Source: Armatimonadota bacterium
GTDB taxonomy: Bacteria; Armatimonadota; UBA10988
Reading direction: 5' to 3'
Assembly: GCA_016235455.1 (NCBI GenBank)
Contig: JACRKZ010000069.1
Span: 1 to 64,000, forward strand
Length of the DNA: 64,000 bases
In this document: piece by piece, positions 29,584-39,492 of the stretch
Layout: each line of letters opens with the position of its first letter
Numbering within the stretch: position 1 is the first letter of the stretch
Position numbers and translations under genes: made by a program
The notes under the pieces: model-generated
Told to the model about the DNA's origin: nothing
The model's input: only the letters and a program-made list of their open reading frames with translations
Database searches by the model: none

Positions 29584-32500
29584 ATGCCCGAGCCAAGGTA
29601 TCTGATGACGTTGCTGCTCGTCGTGACGTGCCTGCGCGCCGAGGTGCTGGATCTGTCGGGTACCTGGCGCTTCCGCCTCGACCCCGACCGCATCGGCATG
29701 GTCGAGGGCCTGCCCGACAGCATTCGGCTACCGGGCTCCACCGATGAGGCAGGCTTCGGTACGAAGAACCCCAAGACCGAGACCTTCGCCCACCTGCACC
29801 GCAAGTGGGAGTACGTCGGACCGGCCTGGTATGAGCGCGACATCGACGTACCTGCCCGCTTTCGCGGCAAGCGCGTCACGCTGTTCCTCGAACGCTGCCA
29901 CTGGGAAACGCGTGCTTGGCTCGACGGACGGCCGCTGGGCATGCGCGACAGCCTGTGCACGCCGCATGTCTATGACCTGGGCACGACGCTGGCGCCCGGG
30001 CGGCACCGGCTGGCCATTCGCGTCGACAACACCATCAAGTACAACGTCGGTGGCTGGGCGCACTCGATCACCGACGAGACGCAGACCAACTGGAACGGCA
30101 TCATCGGGCGGTTGGAGTTGCGCACCAGTGACCCGGTCTGGATCGCCGACGCGCAGGCCTATCCCGATGTGCTCGCGCGCGCGCTGCGGTTCACCATCAC
30201 CGTGGGCAACGCCACCGGCAAGCCGGTCAGCGGCACGGTGGCGGACCGGGCCTTCACCTGCCCCGGTGAGTCGGTGACCGTGGAGACCAAGCAGCCGTTG
30301 CCCGTCGGCGTCAAGGTCTACGACGAGTTCAGCCGGGCGGCCGGCTCGGTCAAGGTGGACCTGGTGGCCGGCGCGTACCGCGACCAGCAGGTCGTGCCCT
30401 ATGGGCTGCGGTTTGTCGAGGTCAAGGACAAACGGCTGATGCTCAACGATCGGCCGCACTTCCTGCGCGGCACGCTGGAGTGCTGCATCTTCCCGCGGAC
30501 GGGCTACCCGGCGACCGACCTGGCCAGTTGGCGCCGCATCATGGCCGTTTGCCGCGACTATGGCCTCAACCACCTGCGCTTCCACAGTTGGTGCCCGCCC
30601 GAGGCGGCCTTTGCCGCGGCCGATGAGCAGGGCTTCCTGCTCCAGATCGAGCTACCCCAATGGGTGGGCAACTGCGGCAAGGAGCCACCGCGCGACGCCT
30701 TCATCAGCAATGAACTGCGCCGCATCCTGGACACTTACGGCAATCACCCGTCGTTCGGCATGTTGTGCATGGGCAACGAACTCGGCGGCGACGTCGACTT
30801 CCTCGACGGGCTGGTCAAGCTGGGCAAGGCGCTGGACCGGCGCCATCTCTACACCACGTCCACCGCCTGGTCACACGGGCCAAGTAACGACTACAACGTC
30901 AGCGTGGTGCGCGGCCTGCGCGGCGCCAAGACCGACCATGACTTCCGCGCCGAAGACGCCAAGGTCACTATACCCACCGTCAGCCACGAGATCGGCCAGT
31001 GGATGGTCTTCCCCAACTTGGCCGAGATCCCCAAGTACACCGGCGCGCTGGCGCCGCGCAACTTCGAGGCGGTACGCGACCAGATGACCAAGAACGGCCT
31101 GCTGGACCAGGCCGACACCTTCGTCCAGGCCTCGGGCCGGCTCTCCGCGCTGCTCTACAAGGAGGAGATGGAGGTCCTGCTGCGCACGCCCGGTCACGGC
31201 GGTTTCCAGTTGCTCGATCTGCATGACTTCCCCGGCCAGTGGACGTCGCTGGTCGGCATCCTCGACGCCTTCTGGGACTCCAAGGGGGTCATTACCCCGG
31301 CCGCATGGCGCCGCTTCTGCTCGCCCAGCGTGCCGCTGCTGCGACTGCCCAAGCGCGTCTATGGCAACCAGGACACGTTGACCGCCGCCGCCGAGTTGGC
31401 CCACTTCGGCCCCAGCGACCTCAAGGCGGCCAAGGCCACCTGGCGCGCGGTGGACGATGCTGGCCGCGTGGTGGGCCAGGGCGCCTTCGAGCCGCACGAT
31501 CTGCCCACCGGCCAGCTGTCGCCGCTGGGCACGATAATACTTGACCTCAAGCCAGTTAGTGAGCCGAGCAAGCTACGCCTGGAGGTGGCGGTGCCGGAGG
31601 CCGGAGCGGTCAACGATTGGAACGTCTGGGTCTACCCCGCCGTGGAAGCCGACAAGCCCAGCGACGCGCTCCTGGCCACCACCTGGGAAGAGGCCAAGAC
31701 CGGACTGGCGGCCGGCCGCAAGGTGCTGCTCATGGCCGGCGGCTGCCTGCGAGAGCCGGTCAGCACGCGCCTCGAAGTGCCGTTCTGGAATCCGCTGATG
31801 TTCAAGGGCCAGCCGCACACCTTCGGCCAGGTCATCGACCCGAAGCATCCAGCGCTGGCGCTGTTCCCCAGCGAGATGCACAACGACTGGCAGTGGTCCG
31901 ACGTGCTCGCCGGCGCGCGGTCCATGGTCATCGACAGCCTGCCGCGCGAATGTCGGCCCATCATCGCCTCGATCGACTGCCTCGACAGCAACCGACGGCT
32001 GGCTAACGTGCTTGAGGCTAAGGTCGGCGAAGGCCGCCTCCTGGTTGTCAGCTACGATCTGCGGCGCAATCTGGACCAGCGGCCGGCGGCGCGGGCGCTG
32101 CGCCGCAGCTTGCTGGCCTACATGGCGGGCCCGGCCTTCGCGCCGCGCGTGGCGCTGACGAACGCGCAGTTGGAAACCGTGTTTGGCCCCAACCTGCTGA
32201 CCGTCGTGCCCGGCGCGCCGACCGAGGGCGTGCAGCTGAGCGTGCGCGCCGCGGTCAACAACCCGCAGAAGGCGGCCAACCTGGACTGGGAACCCAAGCT
32301 GGACAAGGTCGAGCGACGCGAGGCCGGGTTCGACTACAAGGTCATCCAGGGCGCCACCTGGCTCGATGACACCGGTTCGTCGTGGCACCACACCGACGAA
32401 GTGAAGCTGCAGGTGACCTGCCCCAAGGGTTTTGCCGGTCGGCTGTACCTGTTCCTGTGGGACTGGAACAGCCTCAACCGGGCCGCGGCGATCCGCTACG

Positions 32501-32676
32501 AGGGGCGAACGCTGGGCACGCTCGACGAGTATGATGGCGCGGGCAAGTGGGTCATGATGCCGGTCACGGCCGCCGACTCCGCCGATGGCGTGCTCGACAT
32601 CGCGGCGCAGGCGCAGGCGGGCAACGTCATGGTGAGCGCTCTGTCGCTGTCAAGCGACACAGCGCCCGCCAAGTGA
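29584..32676 (+). CDS. GH2 family glycosidase with an extra C-terminal beta-sandwich domain
   Basis: LDLSGTWRFRLD; YVGPAWYER; FLRGTLECCIFP; GLNHLRFHSWCPP; NHPSF..GNE; SHEIGQW; FQLLDLHDFPGQ. Confidence 0.88.
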   Translation: MPEPRYLMTLLLVVTCLRAEVLDLSGTWRFRLDPDRIGMVEGLPDSIRLPGSTDEAGFGTKNPKTETFAHLHRKWEYVGPAWYERDIDVPARFRGKRVTLFLERCHWETRAWLDGRPLGMRDSLCTPHVYDLGTTLAPGRHRLAIRVDNTIKYNVGGWAHSITDETQTNWNGIIGRLELRTSDPVWIADAQAYPDVLARALRFTITVGNATGKPVSGTVADRAFTCPGESVTVETKQPLPVGVKVYDEFSRAAGSVKVDLVAGAYRDQQVVPYGLRFVEVKDKRLMLNDRPHFLRGTLECCIFPRTGYPATDLASWRRIMAVCRDYGLNHLRFHSWCPPEAAFAAADEQGFLLQIELPQWVGNCGKEPPRDAFISNELRRILDTYGNHPSFGMLCMGNELGGDVDFLDGLVKLGKALDRRHLYTTSTAWSHGPSNDYNVSVVRGLRGAKTDHDFRAEDAKVTIPTVSHEIGQWMVFPNLAEIPKYTGALAPRNFEAVRDQMTKNGLLDQADTFVQASGRLSALLYKEEMEVLLRTPGHGGFQLLDLHDFPGQWTSLVGILDAFWDSKGVITPAAWRRFCSPSVPLLRLPKRVYGNQDTLTAAAELAHFGPSDLKAAKATWRAVDDAGRVVGQGAFEPHDLPTGQLSPLGTIILDLKPVSEPSKLRLEVAVPEAGAVNDWNVWVYPAVEADKPSDALLATTWEEAKTGLAAGRKVLLMAGGCLREPVSTRLEVPFWNPLMFKGQPHTFGQVIDPKHPALALFPSEMHNDWQWSDVLAGARSMVIDSLPRECRPIIASIDCLDSNRRLANVLEAKVGEGRLLVVSYDLRRNLDQRPAARALRRSLLAYMAGPAFAPRVALTNAQLETVFGPNLLTVVPGAPTEGVQLSVRAAVNNPQKAANLDWEPKLDKVERREAGFDYKVIQGATWLDDTGSSWHHTDEVKLQVTCPKGFAGRLYLFLWDWNSLNRAAAIRYEGRTLGTLDEYDGAGKWVMMPVTAADSADGVLDIAAQAQAGNVMVSALSLSSDTAPAK

Positions 32677-32683
32677 GGTGAGG

Positions 32684-33832
32684 ATGAGCAGCTTGTTGGA
32701 CCCCTGGCTGGCGCGCGCCGTGGAGCGCGCGGGCACTGACCTGCACCTCGACCCCCTGGCCGAGGGCGCTGTGGTGCGCCTGCGCATCGACGGCGCGCTG
32801 GGCGAGATCGCTCGGCTGTCGGCCGACGAGACCGCCGCCGCGGGCGCCGAACTGGCGCAGCGCCTGGGGCTGGCCGAGGGCGCGCTGCTGGGCGCTGGCC
32901 GGTTCCGTGTCGACCTTGGCGGGCGCAGCCTGGAGGTGCGCGGCAGTCTGGCGCCGACGCTGCATGGCCCGCGCTACTGCCTGCGCCTGGTGGACCGCGA
33001 GCAGGCGCTGGTGCCGTGGGACACGCTCTTCCATCGCCCGGCCAACAGCGCCGCCGCGCGCCGCCTGCTGCGCCGGCCGCACGGGCTGATCGTTGTCGCC
33101 GGGCCCGCCGGCTCGGGCAAGACGACGGTCGCCGCGCGGCTGCTGGACGAGTTGGCCGGCGTACGCCTCAATGCCATGAGCGTCGAAGACCCCATCGAGT
33201 TCGACCTGGACTGGGTGGCCCAGGCCTCGGTCGACCGCGACCGTGGCCTGACCCATCAGAGCCTGCTGCGCGCGGCGCTGGGCCAGGACCCGGACGTGCT
33301 GATGATCAGCGATCTGCCCGACGAGGAGACGGCACGGTTGGCGGTGGAGGCAACCACTTCGGGCCATCTGGTCATCGTCTGCGTGCCGGCCAACGACGGC
33401 CTCTCGGCGTTGGCCTGGCTGCGCGAGATGGGCGTGCCGGCGTGGTCGCTGGGCGCGGCGTTCGTCGGCGCGGTGGGCGTGCGGCTGGTGCGGCGCGTCT
33501 GCCACGACTGCGCGGTGCAGGTGCCGCCCAAGTCGGCCAGCGCCATGATGGCGCTCGGCCTCGACGGCGAGCTGGATCTGGTGACCATGGGCGACGGCTG
33601 CGACTCGTGCGACGGCACGGGCTACCACGGGCGCGTGCCGCTGGTGGAACTGATCGAAGCCACCCAGGCGCTGAGCGACGCGGTCGGCCGCGATGCGCCG
33701 CGCGACGTGCTGGAAGAACTGGCCTTCAGCCCCAACCTGCCGCCATTCCGCCAGCAGGCGGCGGAACTGGTGACCCGCGCGCTGACCACGCCCGAGGAGG
33801 CCTACCGGGCGCTGTACAGCGTGCTGGGGTAG
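32684..33832 (+). CDS. GspE/PilB-family ATPase homologue with degenerate Walker B and His box
   Basis: DLHLDP..RLRIDG; GPAGSGKTT; VEDPIE; QDPDVLMISDLPD; GHLVIVCVPAND; CHDC..CDSC; GYHGR. Confidence 0.85.
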   Translation: MSSLLDPWLARAVERAGTDLHLDPLAEGAVVRLRIDGALGEIARLSADETAAAGAELAQRLGLAEGALLGAGRFRVDLGGRSLEVRGSLAPTLHGPRYCLRLVDREQALVPWDTLFHRPANSAAARRLLRRPHGLIVVAGPAGSGKTTVAARLLDELAGVRLNAMSVEDPIEFDLDWVAQASVDRDRGLTHQSLLRAALGQDPDVLMISDLPDEETARLAVEATTSGHLVIVCVPANDGLSALAWLREMGVPAWSLGAAFVGAVGVRLVRRVCHDCAVQVPPKSASAMMALGLDGELDLVTMGDGCDSCDGTGYHGRVPLVELIEATQALSDAVGRDAPRDVLEELAFSPNLPPFRQQAAELVTRALTTPEEAYRALYSVLG

Positions 33833-33839
33833 GGGCGTG

Positions 33840-36800
33840 TCAGCGCGTCACGCGCACCTCGGCCAACCACTTCCGCCGCAGGTACTCCTCGACGCCCAGT
33901 CGGTCGGCGTCGCTCAGCTTGGTATCGAAGGCGATGAACTCAGCCACCGATCCCTCCCACAGCGTGTGCGTGCGGCGAATGGCTCGGCTGGACGGCGTCG
34001 CCAGCTCGAACGTCACCTGGCGCCAGTCGAGCGGCGCCGGCGTGGCGTAGGGGTCCACGAGCTGGCCGTCGAGCCACGCGCGGCCGTCGCGGAAGGGCTT
34101 GTCCACCTGAGCCAACTCAGGCTTGCCGCGCAAGTCGCCCAGGTAGGCGTCCACACCCTCCCACGGCCCCGTGCCCAGCTTCGACAGGTCGTGATCGCGG
34201 TAGACCATGAACACGGTCTGGTAGCCGGCGATGCCGGCCTGCATGTCCTCCACCCAGATCCACTGCCAACTGGCGGTCTCGCGGCCGTTGAGCGAGTTGG
34301 GCTCGGCGATGACGAAGGCGCCGGGGGTGAACCCGCCGCTGGGCTTGGCGCGCCAGCCCAGCAGCGAGCTGCGCGGCCATTGCGGGCTGTCTTCCTTGCC
34401 GTCGCCATCGAAATCGGCCGCATCGAGCCAGCAAAGAAGCTTGCTGCCGGTCACCTTGTCTGGCGCCAATGGCGTCGTCGTCGGCAGCGGATCGGCCGCG
34501 ATGCTCACGCCAACGCGGTTGAAGCTGACAGCGCCGCTCTCCTCGCGTTGCGCCGCCACCCAGTACTGGCCGGGCCGGGGCGGAACGAACGACGCGCCGA
34601 CATGGATGGGGCGGCTGGCGTCTTCGTGACGCGCCGTGTAGCGCAAGTCGAAGTGTCCGCCATCGGGGCCGACGCCGTCCGCAATCAGCCGGCCGCGGTC
34701 GCAGGTGCCTTGCCACACCGCTTCACCCAGCAGGTCGTGCGAGCTGAGCCCGCGCTTGGTGCTGCCGCGCAGGGCCAGGCGAGCGCCCGGTGTGCCGTCG
34801 TGGTCGCAGTCGATCTTGAAGGTCACCGGCTTCTCGGTCCGGCCCTTGACGTAAGCGTCCAGCCGCACCCATGAGCCATGGTCGTTGTGCTCGCGGTTGC
34901 GCTCCTTGTCCACGTCCGATCCATTGGCCCAGAACCCGTCGACATTGGCGATGACGGCGCCCGTCGCTTCGACCACTTGGCCGTCAGCCGTGGTGAACAC
35001 GCCTTCGTAGACGCCGCGCGGCGCGCGTGCGATGTAGCCCGGGTAGTCGCGGTCGTACCACAAGTAGCGCCAGCCCGGCTGCGCATCGCCGATGCGCACG
35101 GCCTGGCCGGCCGCCTCGAAGCGCGGACGAGCCAGCGTGAAGGCCGGCTCGTCACGCACGGTGGCGCTCAGTTCCACCGCCGACTGGTTGGCATCCCTGA
35201 CTACCACGTGGTATGCGCCCGGCGGCAGGAACATGCGCTCCGCGCCGGCCGGGGCGTCGGTCCAGGTGTAGCTGTAGGGCGCCCGCCCGCCGGCGACCCG
35301 CAGGTGGATCTCGCCGTTGTTCTCGCCGGTCGATGCGGCCAGATGGTCGATCTCGGCGGCCAGAGGTTCCGTCGGCCTGGCCAGCTTCAGCTCGCCGCGC
35401 TTCTCGGCGCCCGAAGCATGGCGCACCACGTAGCTGTATTCGCCATCGCGCAGGCCGCGCACCGACGGGCCGCTCGCCCCGCTTGACCAACGACAGGCAA
35501 CCTGCTTGAGGTCGGCGCCGCCGATGCGCAGGTCCACCTGCCAGCGGCCGTCGGTGCAGGTGCTGCGCGCGTCCACGGTCATCGTGGTGGGCCGCTCCAA
35601 CGTCCATGCTGCGCTGGCCGAGCGGCACTCGCTATCGACAACGACGAGCGTACCCCGACCGGCGTCGAGTCCCGTGGCCGTGGCCTTGTCGCCACCGCAT
35701 GACCAGGTGTAGGTGTATGGCGGCACGCCGCCGCGAACCTGTGCCGTCAACCGGCCATCGTTCACACCCAGCACGCTCAGGTTCCGCGTCTGCACTGCGA
35801 CGGTCAGGGGCGCCGCGGCCGAAGTCGGCTTGGGGTTGGTGATGCGCCAGCGCCGTTCGGCGCGCGGGTACCGCGAGAACGGCGGGTCTTCGCGTACGTA
35901 CGGCGACCGGTCAATCAGCGAGTACACGAGCTCATACTCGGCCAGGGCGCCCAGATCCACGTCGATCTCGTCGCGGCCTTGGGCGATGACCTTGCCGTTG
36001 AGACGCCATTCGGTCTGCTGAGTGTCAGGCACCGGGTGGACGCGCGCCACACCAAAGCGCGCCTTGCCGGGCGTGGCCAGCACCAGGTCCGCACGCGAGG
36101 GCACCGCGCTATCGATGGGGTCCACATAGTCGTAGTGGCTGAGCACCGCCTGCTGCGTGCACAAAGCGCAGAGCGTGTCGCCGAACTGGTTGACGCCCAT
36201 GGAGCAGACCGGCGTCGTGCGGAAGATGCCCGACGGTCGGTGGACGCCGCCCTCGAACAGGCCGGTCTTGCGCAGATTCTCGCGGTTGTACGGCGTGGGC
36301 ACGGGTGTGGTCGGCGCGATCCAGGCCTTCCACGGCACGCGGTCGCGCTGCCAGAACAGCGTCGTGTTGCTGGACTCGTCGGCCCTGCCCCACATGCCCC
36401 AACCGATGTACTTGTCGCCCAGTTTCATGGCGGTGTGGCTGAACTCGTGGAAGAACGGCGGGATGTTGTTGCCCTCGATGAGGGCATCACCGACTCGCTG
36501 GTCGAGCAGCAGTCCCGCGCCGCCGCCACCGCCGCGCGAGTTGACCCAGGCCAGGTGCGTCACCCAGCCGCGACCGTCGCGCCGCCAGGGCAGGAAGAGC
36601 CGGTCTCGCACCAACTCGTTGTAGACCGCCCAATGGCAGGCCGACTGGCCCTTATCATAGGCAGGCGGATCCCAGGGCGGCGTGCTGGGCCACCACAGGG
36701 CGTAGACGTTGTAGAACGGCTTGTAGTTGGCGAACGGGCGCTGCGTCTTGTCGCCGTCGAGGGCGAAGGCCGGGTCGATGCAGTCGTGCACATCCTTGAG

Positions 36801-37304
36801 GAACGTCTCGCGCATCGCCGGCTTGTTGTACGGGTTCGTCTCGTCCTTGCGCCAGCGGTTGATGATCACGATGTTGATGCGGTTGTCTTTGTCGCCGCTG
36901 ATCTGGATGGGGATCAGCTCGGCTTCGCCGGCGACGATGCCGTCGAAGCGGTTGGCCGGCGGCGTGTGTGCGCTGACCGGCGCCGACGGCGCGCGCAGGG
37001 CAACGCGGCTCGTTTTGTCGCGCACATGGGCCACGAACGTGTAGTCCGTGCTCGGCTTGAGGCCCGCGCAGCGGTAGTCGGGCGATGCTTGCCAGCCGCT
37101 TTCCGCGGCTCCGCCGGCGGTACAGACGAAGTTGTACTCCGCCGCGTCGCCGAGTGCCTGGGCCGACATGACCACGGCAGTGCTCAGCGGGGCACGCGGC
37201 GGCGCGGCCCAGGCCAACGGGTCTGCACCGACGAACGTGGCATCGGCCGCGGCCAGTGTGCAGGACAGAAGGAGTACGGCACTACCCAGCGCAAGGTGCG
37301 TCAT
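33840..37304 (-). CDS. Secreted M64 (IgA peptidase-like) metallopeptidase with FN3-like, SprB-like and LamG-like domains
   Basis: Signal peptide; ISGDKDNRINIVII..PFANYKPFYNVYA; HEFSH..LGD; GLFEGG..CSM..LCALC; GGVPPYTYTWS and GGRAPYSYTWT repeats; WLDAAD..AEFIAFDTKLS..VEEYLRRKW. Confidence 0.72.
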   Translation of the reverse strand: MTHLALGSAVLLLSCTLAAADATFVGADPLAWAAPPRAPLSTAVVMSAQALGDAAEYNFVCTAGGAAESGWQASPDYRCAGLKPSTDYTFVAHVRDKTSRVALRAPSAPVSAHTPPANRFDGIVAGEAELIPIQISGDKDNRINIVIINRWRKDETNPYNKPAMRETFLKDVHDCIDPAFALDGDKTQRPFANYKPFYNVYALWWPSTPPWDPPAYDKGQSACHWAVYNELVRDRLFLPWRRDGRGWVTHLAWVNSRGGGGGAGLLLDQRVGDALIEGNNIPPFFHEFSHTAMKLGDKYIGWGMWGRADESSNTTLFWQRDRVPWKAWIAPTTPVPTPYNRENLRKTGLFEGGVHRPSGIFRTTPVCSMGVNQFGDTLCALCTQQAVLSHYDYVDPIDSAVPSRADLVLATPGKARFGVARVHPVPDTQQTEWRLNGKVIAQGRDEIDVDLGALAEYELVYSLIDRSPYVREDPPFSRYPRAERRWRITNPKPTSAAAPLTVAVQTRNLSVLGVNDGRLTAQVRGGVPPYTYTWSCGGDKATATGLDAGRGTLVVVDSECRSASAAWTLERPTTMTVDARSTCTDGRWQVDLRIGGADLKQVACRWSSGASGPSVRGLRDGEYSYVVRHASGAEKRGELKLARPTEPLAAEIDHLAASTGENNGEIHLRVAGGRAPYSYTWTDAPAGAERMFLPPGAYHVVVRDANQSAVELSATVRDEPAFTLARPRFEAAGQAVRIGDAQPGWRYLWYDRDYPGYIARAPRGVYEGVFTTADGQVVEATGAVIANVDGFWANGSDVDKERNREHNDHGSWVRLDAYVKGRTEKPVTFKIDCDHDGTPGARLALRGSTKRGLSSHDLLGEAVWQGTCDRGRLIADGVGPDGGHFDLRYTARHEDASRPIHVGASFVPPRPGQYWVAAQREESGAVSFNRVGVSIAADPLPTTTPLAPDKVTGSKLLCWLDAADFDGDGKEDSPQWPRSSLLGWRAKPSGGFTPGAFVIAEPNSLNGRETASWQWIWVEDMQAGIAGYQTVFMVYRDHDLSKLGTGPWEGVDAYLGDLRGKPELAQVDKPFRDGRAWLDGQLVDPYATPAPLDWRQVTFELATPSSRAIRRTHTLWEGSVAEFIAFDTKLSDADRLGVEEYLRRKWLAEVRVTR

Positions 37305-37329
37305 TCTGTCGCTCCCAGGGGCGACTTCG

Positions 37330-38643
37330 TCACCCGCGCAGGAACGCCTCCACCTCATCCAGCCCCAATGGCGCGGCGGCGGTGAAGTTCTCACAGCCCT
37401 GCTCGGTGACGACGACCGTGTCCTCGCAGCGGATGTAGAGCTTCTCCTCGGGCACCCACAGCTGCGGGTCGACCGCGAAGACCACGCCCGGCTCCAGGGG
37501 CCGCAGCGTGTAGTTGTCCACGTCGTGGACGATCATCCCCACCGAGTGCGACAGATGGCCGCGGAAGTCCAGCATGCGCCGCCCGGCGGCCTCGTATGCG
37601 GGCTTGGACCACGGCCAGCGGTCGATCACGGGCGCCATGGCCCCAGCGGCCTCGGCATGGACCTCGTCGGCGGTGAGACCGGGCCGGATGGCGGCCAGGA
37701 CAGCCAGATGGTACTCGACCACGAAGCCGTACAGCTCGCGCGCCTGGGCCGAGTAGGTGCCGTTGACGGGCCACATGCGGCCGATGTCGCTGGTGTAGTA
37801 GCCGTAGTCGGGAGCCGTGTCCATCAGGATCAGGTCGCCGTCGCGCAGCTCACAATCACACCGCCAGTAGTGGGCGAACCAGATGTTGCCCGCGCCCGCC
37901 GCGGTGATCGAGCGGTAGCCCTCGCCGCGCGCGCCGCCGTCGAGGTAGACCTGGTTGGCCAGCGCATTGAGTTGGTACTCATAGAGGCCCGGCCGGGTCG
38001 CGGCCATGGCGGCGATGATGGCTTGCGCCGACAATTCGCCCGCGCGGCGCATGACCGCGATCTCGGCGGCGCTCTTGATGCCCCTCATGCGGTCGGTAAT
38101 CGGGGATAGGTCGGCGATCGTGACGCCCGGCAGGCGGTCGCACAATAGGTCGATGAGCCGCTGCTCGCGAGTCGGCGCGGCGTCCCAGGGGTCGGCCGCG
38201 ATGAGGCGCTCGGCGTGGAGCATCTCGTCGCGCGACGACTGGAAGCCCTCGGCCGGCTGGTGCGGGGTGTAGACCGTCGTTGCGCCGGCGAGATCGTTCG
38301 CCAACTCCGCTAGCGGACGCACGCGGTCGACGCCGGTGTGGGCACGGATCAGTTCTTCATCCTGCGCGCCGAGCGTGTCGCCTTCCGCGCCTGGCGTCTC
38401 GCGGCGCGGCGGGAGGTAGATCGTCGAGCGCTGAGCGCGGCCGTCGAGCAGCAGGTAGGCCTGGGGCACTTCGAGCCCGGTCAGGTAGTACAGCTCGTTG
38501 GTTTGGCGGAAGGCCACGAATCCACGCGGCGGCGCGGCGCCCTGCACCAGCGCGACGGCGTCGTCGCCGACGGCGGCCAGCACGCGGCGGCGGCGGTCGG
38601 TCAGTTCGGCGGGGGTGAAGTGGGTCTGGAAGAGGCTGGGCAT
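37330..38643 (-). CDS. pepP: Xaa-Pro aminopeptidase (M24B)
   Basis: FRQTNELYYLTG; MRGIKSAAEI; LMDTAPDYGYYTSDIGR; HSVGMIVHD; IRCEDTVVVT. Confidence 0.85.
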   Translation of the reverse strand: MPSLFQTHFTPAELTDRRRRVLAAVGDDAVALVQGAAPPRGFVAFRQTNELYYLTGLEVPQAYLLLDGRAQRSTIYLPPRRETPGAEGDTLGAQDEELIRAHTGVDRVRPLAELANDLAGATTVYTPHQPAEGFQSSRDEMLHAERLIAADPWDAAPTREQRLIDLLCDRLPGVTIADLSPITDRMRGIKSAAEIAVMRRAGELSAQAIIAAMAATRPGLYEYQLNALANQVYLDGGARGEGYRSITAAGAGNIWFAHYWRCDCELRDGDLILMDTAPDYGYYTSDIGRMWPVNGTYSAQARELYGFVVEYHLAVLAAIRPGLTADEVHAEAAGAMAPVIDRWPWSKPAYEAAGRRMLDFRGHLSHSVGMIVHDVDNYTLRPLEPGVVFAVDPQLWVPEEKLYIRCEDTVVVTEQGCENFTAAAPLGLDEVEAFLRG

Positions 38644-38676
38644 GGATGGCCTACGCCTTCGGGCGGTGGGACGCGC

Positions 38677-38757
38677 GTTTGTAGTTCCGCCTTCAGGCGG
38701 TCGAGGCGGAGGCACGACGTGCTCGCACTTCGGCCGCCCGAAGGCGGAACTACAAAC
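38677..38757. repeat. GTAG-type REP doublet (REPIN)
   Basis: gtttGTAGttccgccttcaggcgg ... ccgcccgaaggcggaactacaaac (24-bp IR, 1 mismatch). Partial third copy cgccttcgggcgg at 38654-38666. Confidence 0.8.
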
Positions 38758-38781
38758 AGGGCTCGGTTCGCGGCCTTTGGC

Positions 38782-39465
38782 CTAGAACTTCACCCCAGGA
38801 TTGGTGAAGCGCAAGCCAGCGCCGTCGTGATAGGTGGCGTACTCGGTGACGATCGCGCCATCGGTGCCGCCCATCATGAAGTGCTTCTGGCCGACAGCGG
38901 CCAGGCGCTGCGCGCCGCCGACGTCGAGTCGGCTGACCTTGCGGGCCGTGGTGAACTTCTGCTGGCTCTCGGGGATGAGCTTGGCCGCTTCGGGCGACTC
39001 GGGGCCCTCGGCGAACAGGTAGACCCAACCGTAACGAGCCTGCCAGGACTCCATCTTCGGCGCCATGTCGGTCTTGACGTGCGCGTGCTCGACGATCATC
39101 TGGCCGGGCAGCAGGTAGATCTCATGGCCGAAGTACGAGAAGTCCTTCTCGTTGACCCAGAAGATGCCGCCCATGCCGGCGTGAACGAAGTCGCCCAGGC
39201 CGAAGTCGGTGGCCCAGATGTTGGCCTTGAGGTAGTCGCTGCTGGGCACATGGTACTTGGCCATCAGCTCGAGGTACGCGGCTTTGCCCTTCTCGGCGTC
39301 GAACTTGCCGTCGGCGCCGTAGAACATCTCGTTCTTATACGGGGACATCGGGATCTCCTGAGCCGGCGCCACGCCTGTGCGGCTGGCGCCACCAGCCATC
39401 GCCACGCCGGTCACGCCCAGGGCCGCCATCGCGGCCAGGACCTGTCGGCGATTGAGGTCTTCCAT
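38782..39465 (-). CDS. Tat-signal cupin sugar isomerase (D-lyxose/D-mannose isomerase-like)
   Basis: NRRQVL Tat-like motif; TDFGLGDF; LLPGQMIVEHAH..KMESW; GQKHF..GAIVTEYAT.H..RFTNP. Confidence 0.72.
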   Translation of the reverse strand: MEDLNRRQVLAAMAALGVTGVAMAGGASRTGVAPAQEIPMSPYKNEMFYGADGKFDAEKGKAAYLELMAKYHVPSSDYLKANIWATDFGLGDFVHAGMGGIFWVNEKDFSYFGHEIYLLPGQMIVEHAHVKTDMAPKMESWQARYGWVYLFAEGPESPEAAKLIPESQQKFTTARKVSRLDVGGAQRLAAVGQKHFMMGGTDGAIVTEYATYHDGAGLRFTNPGVKF

Positions 39466-39492
39466 GGATCGCTCCTCACGCCAGGCGCCCGA

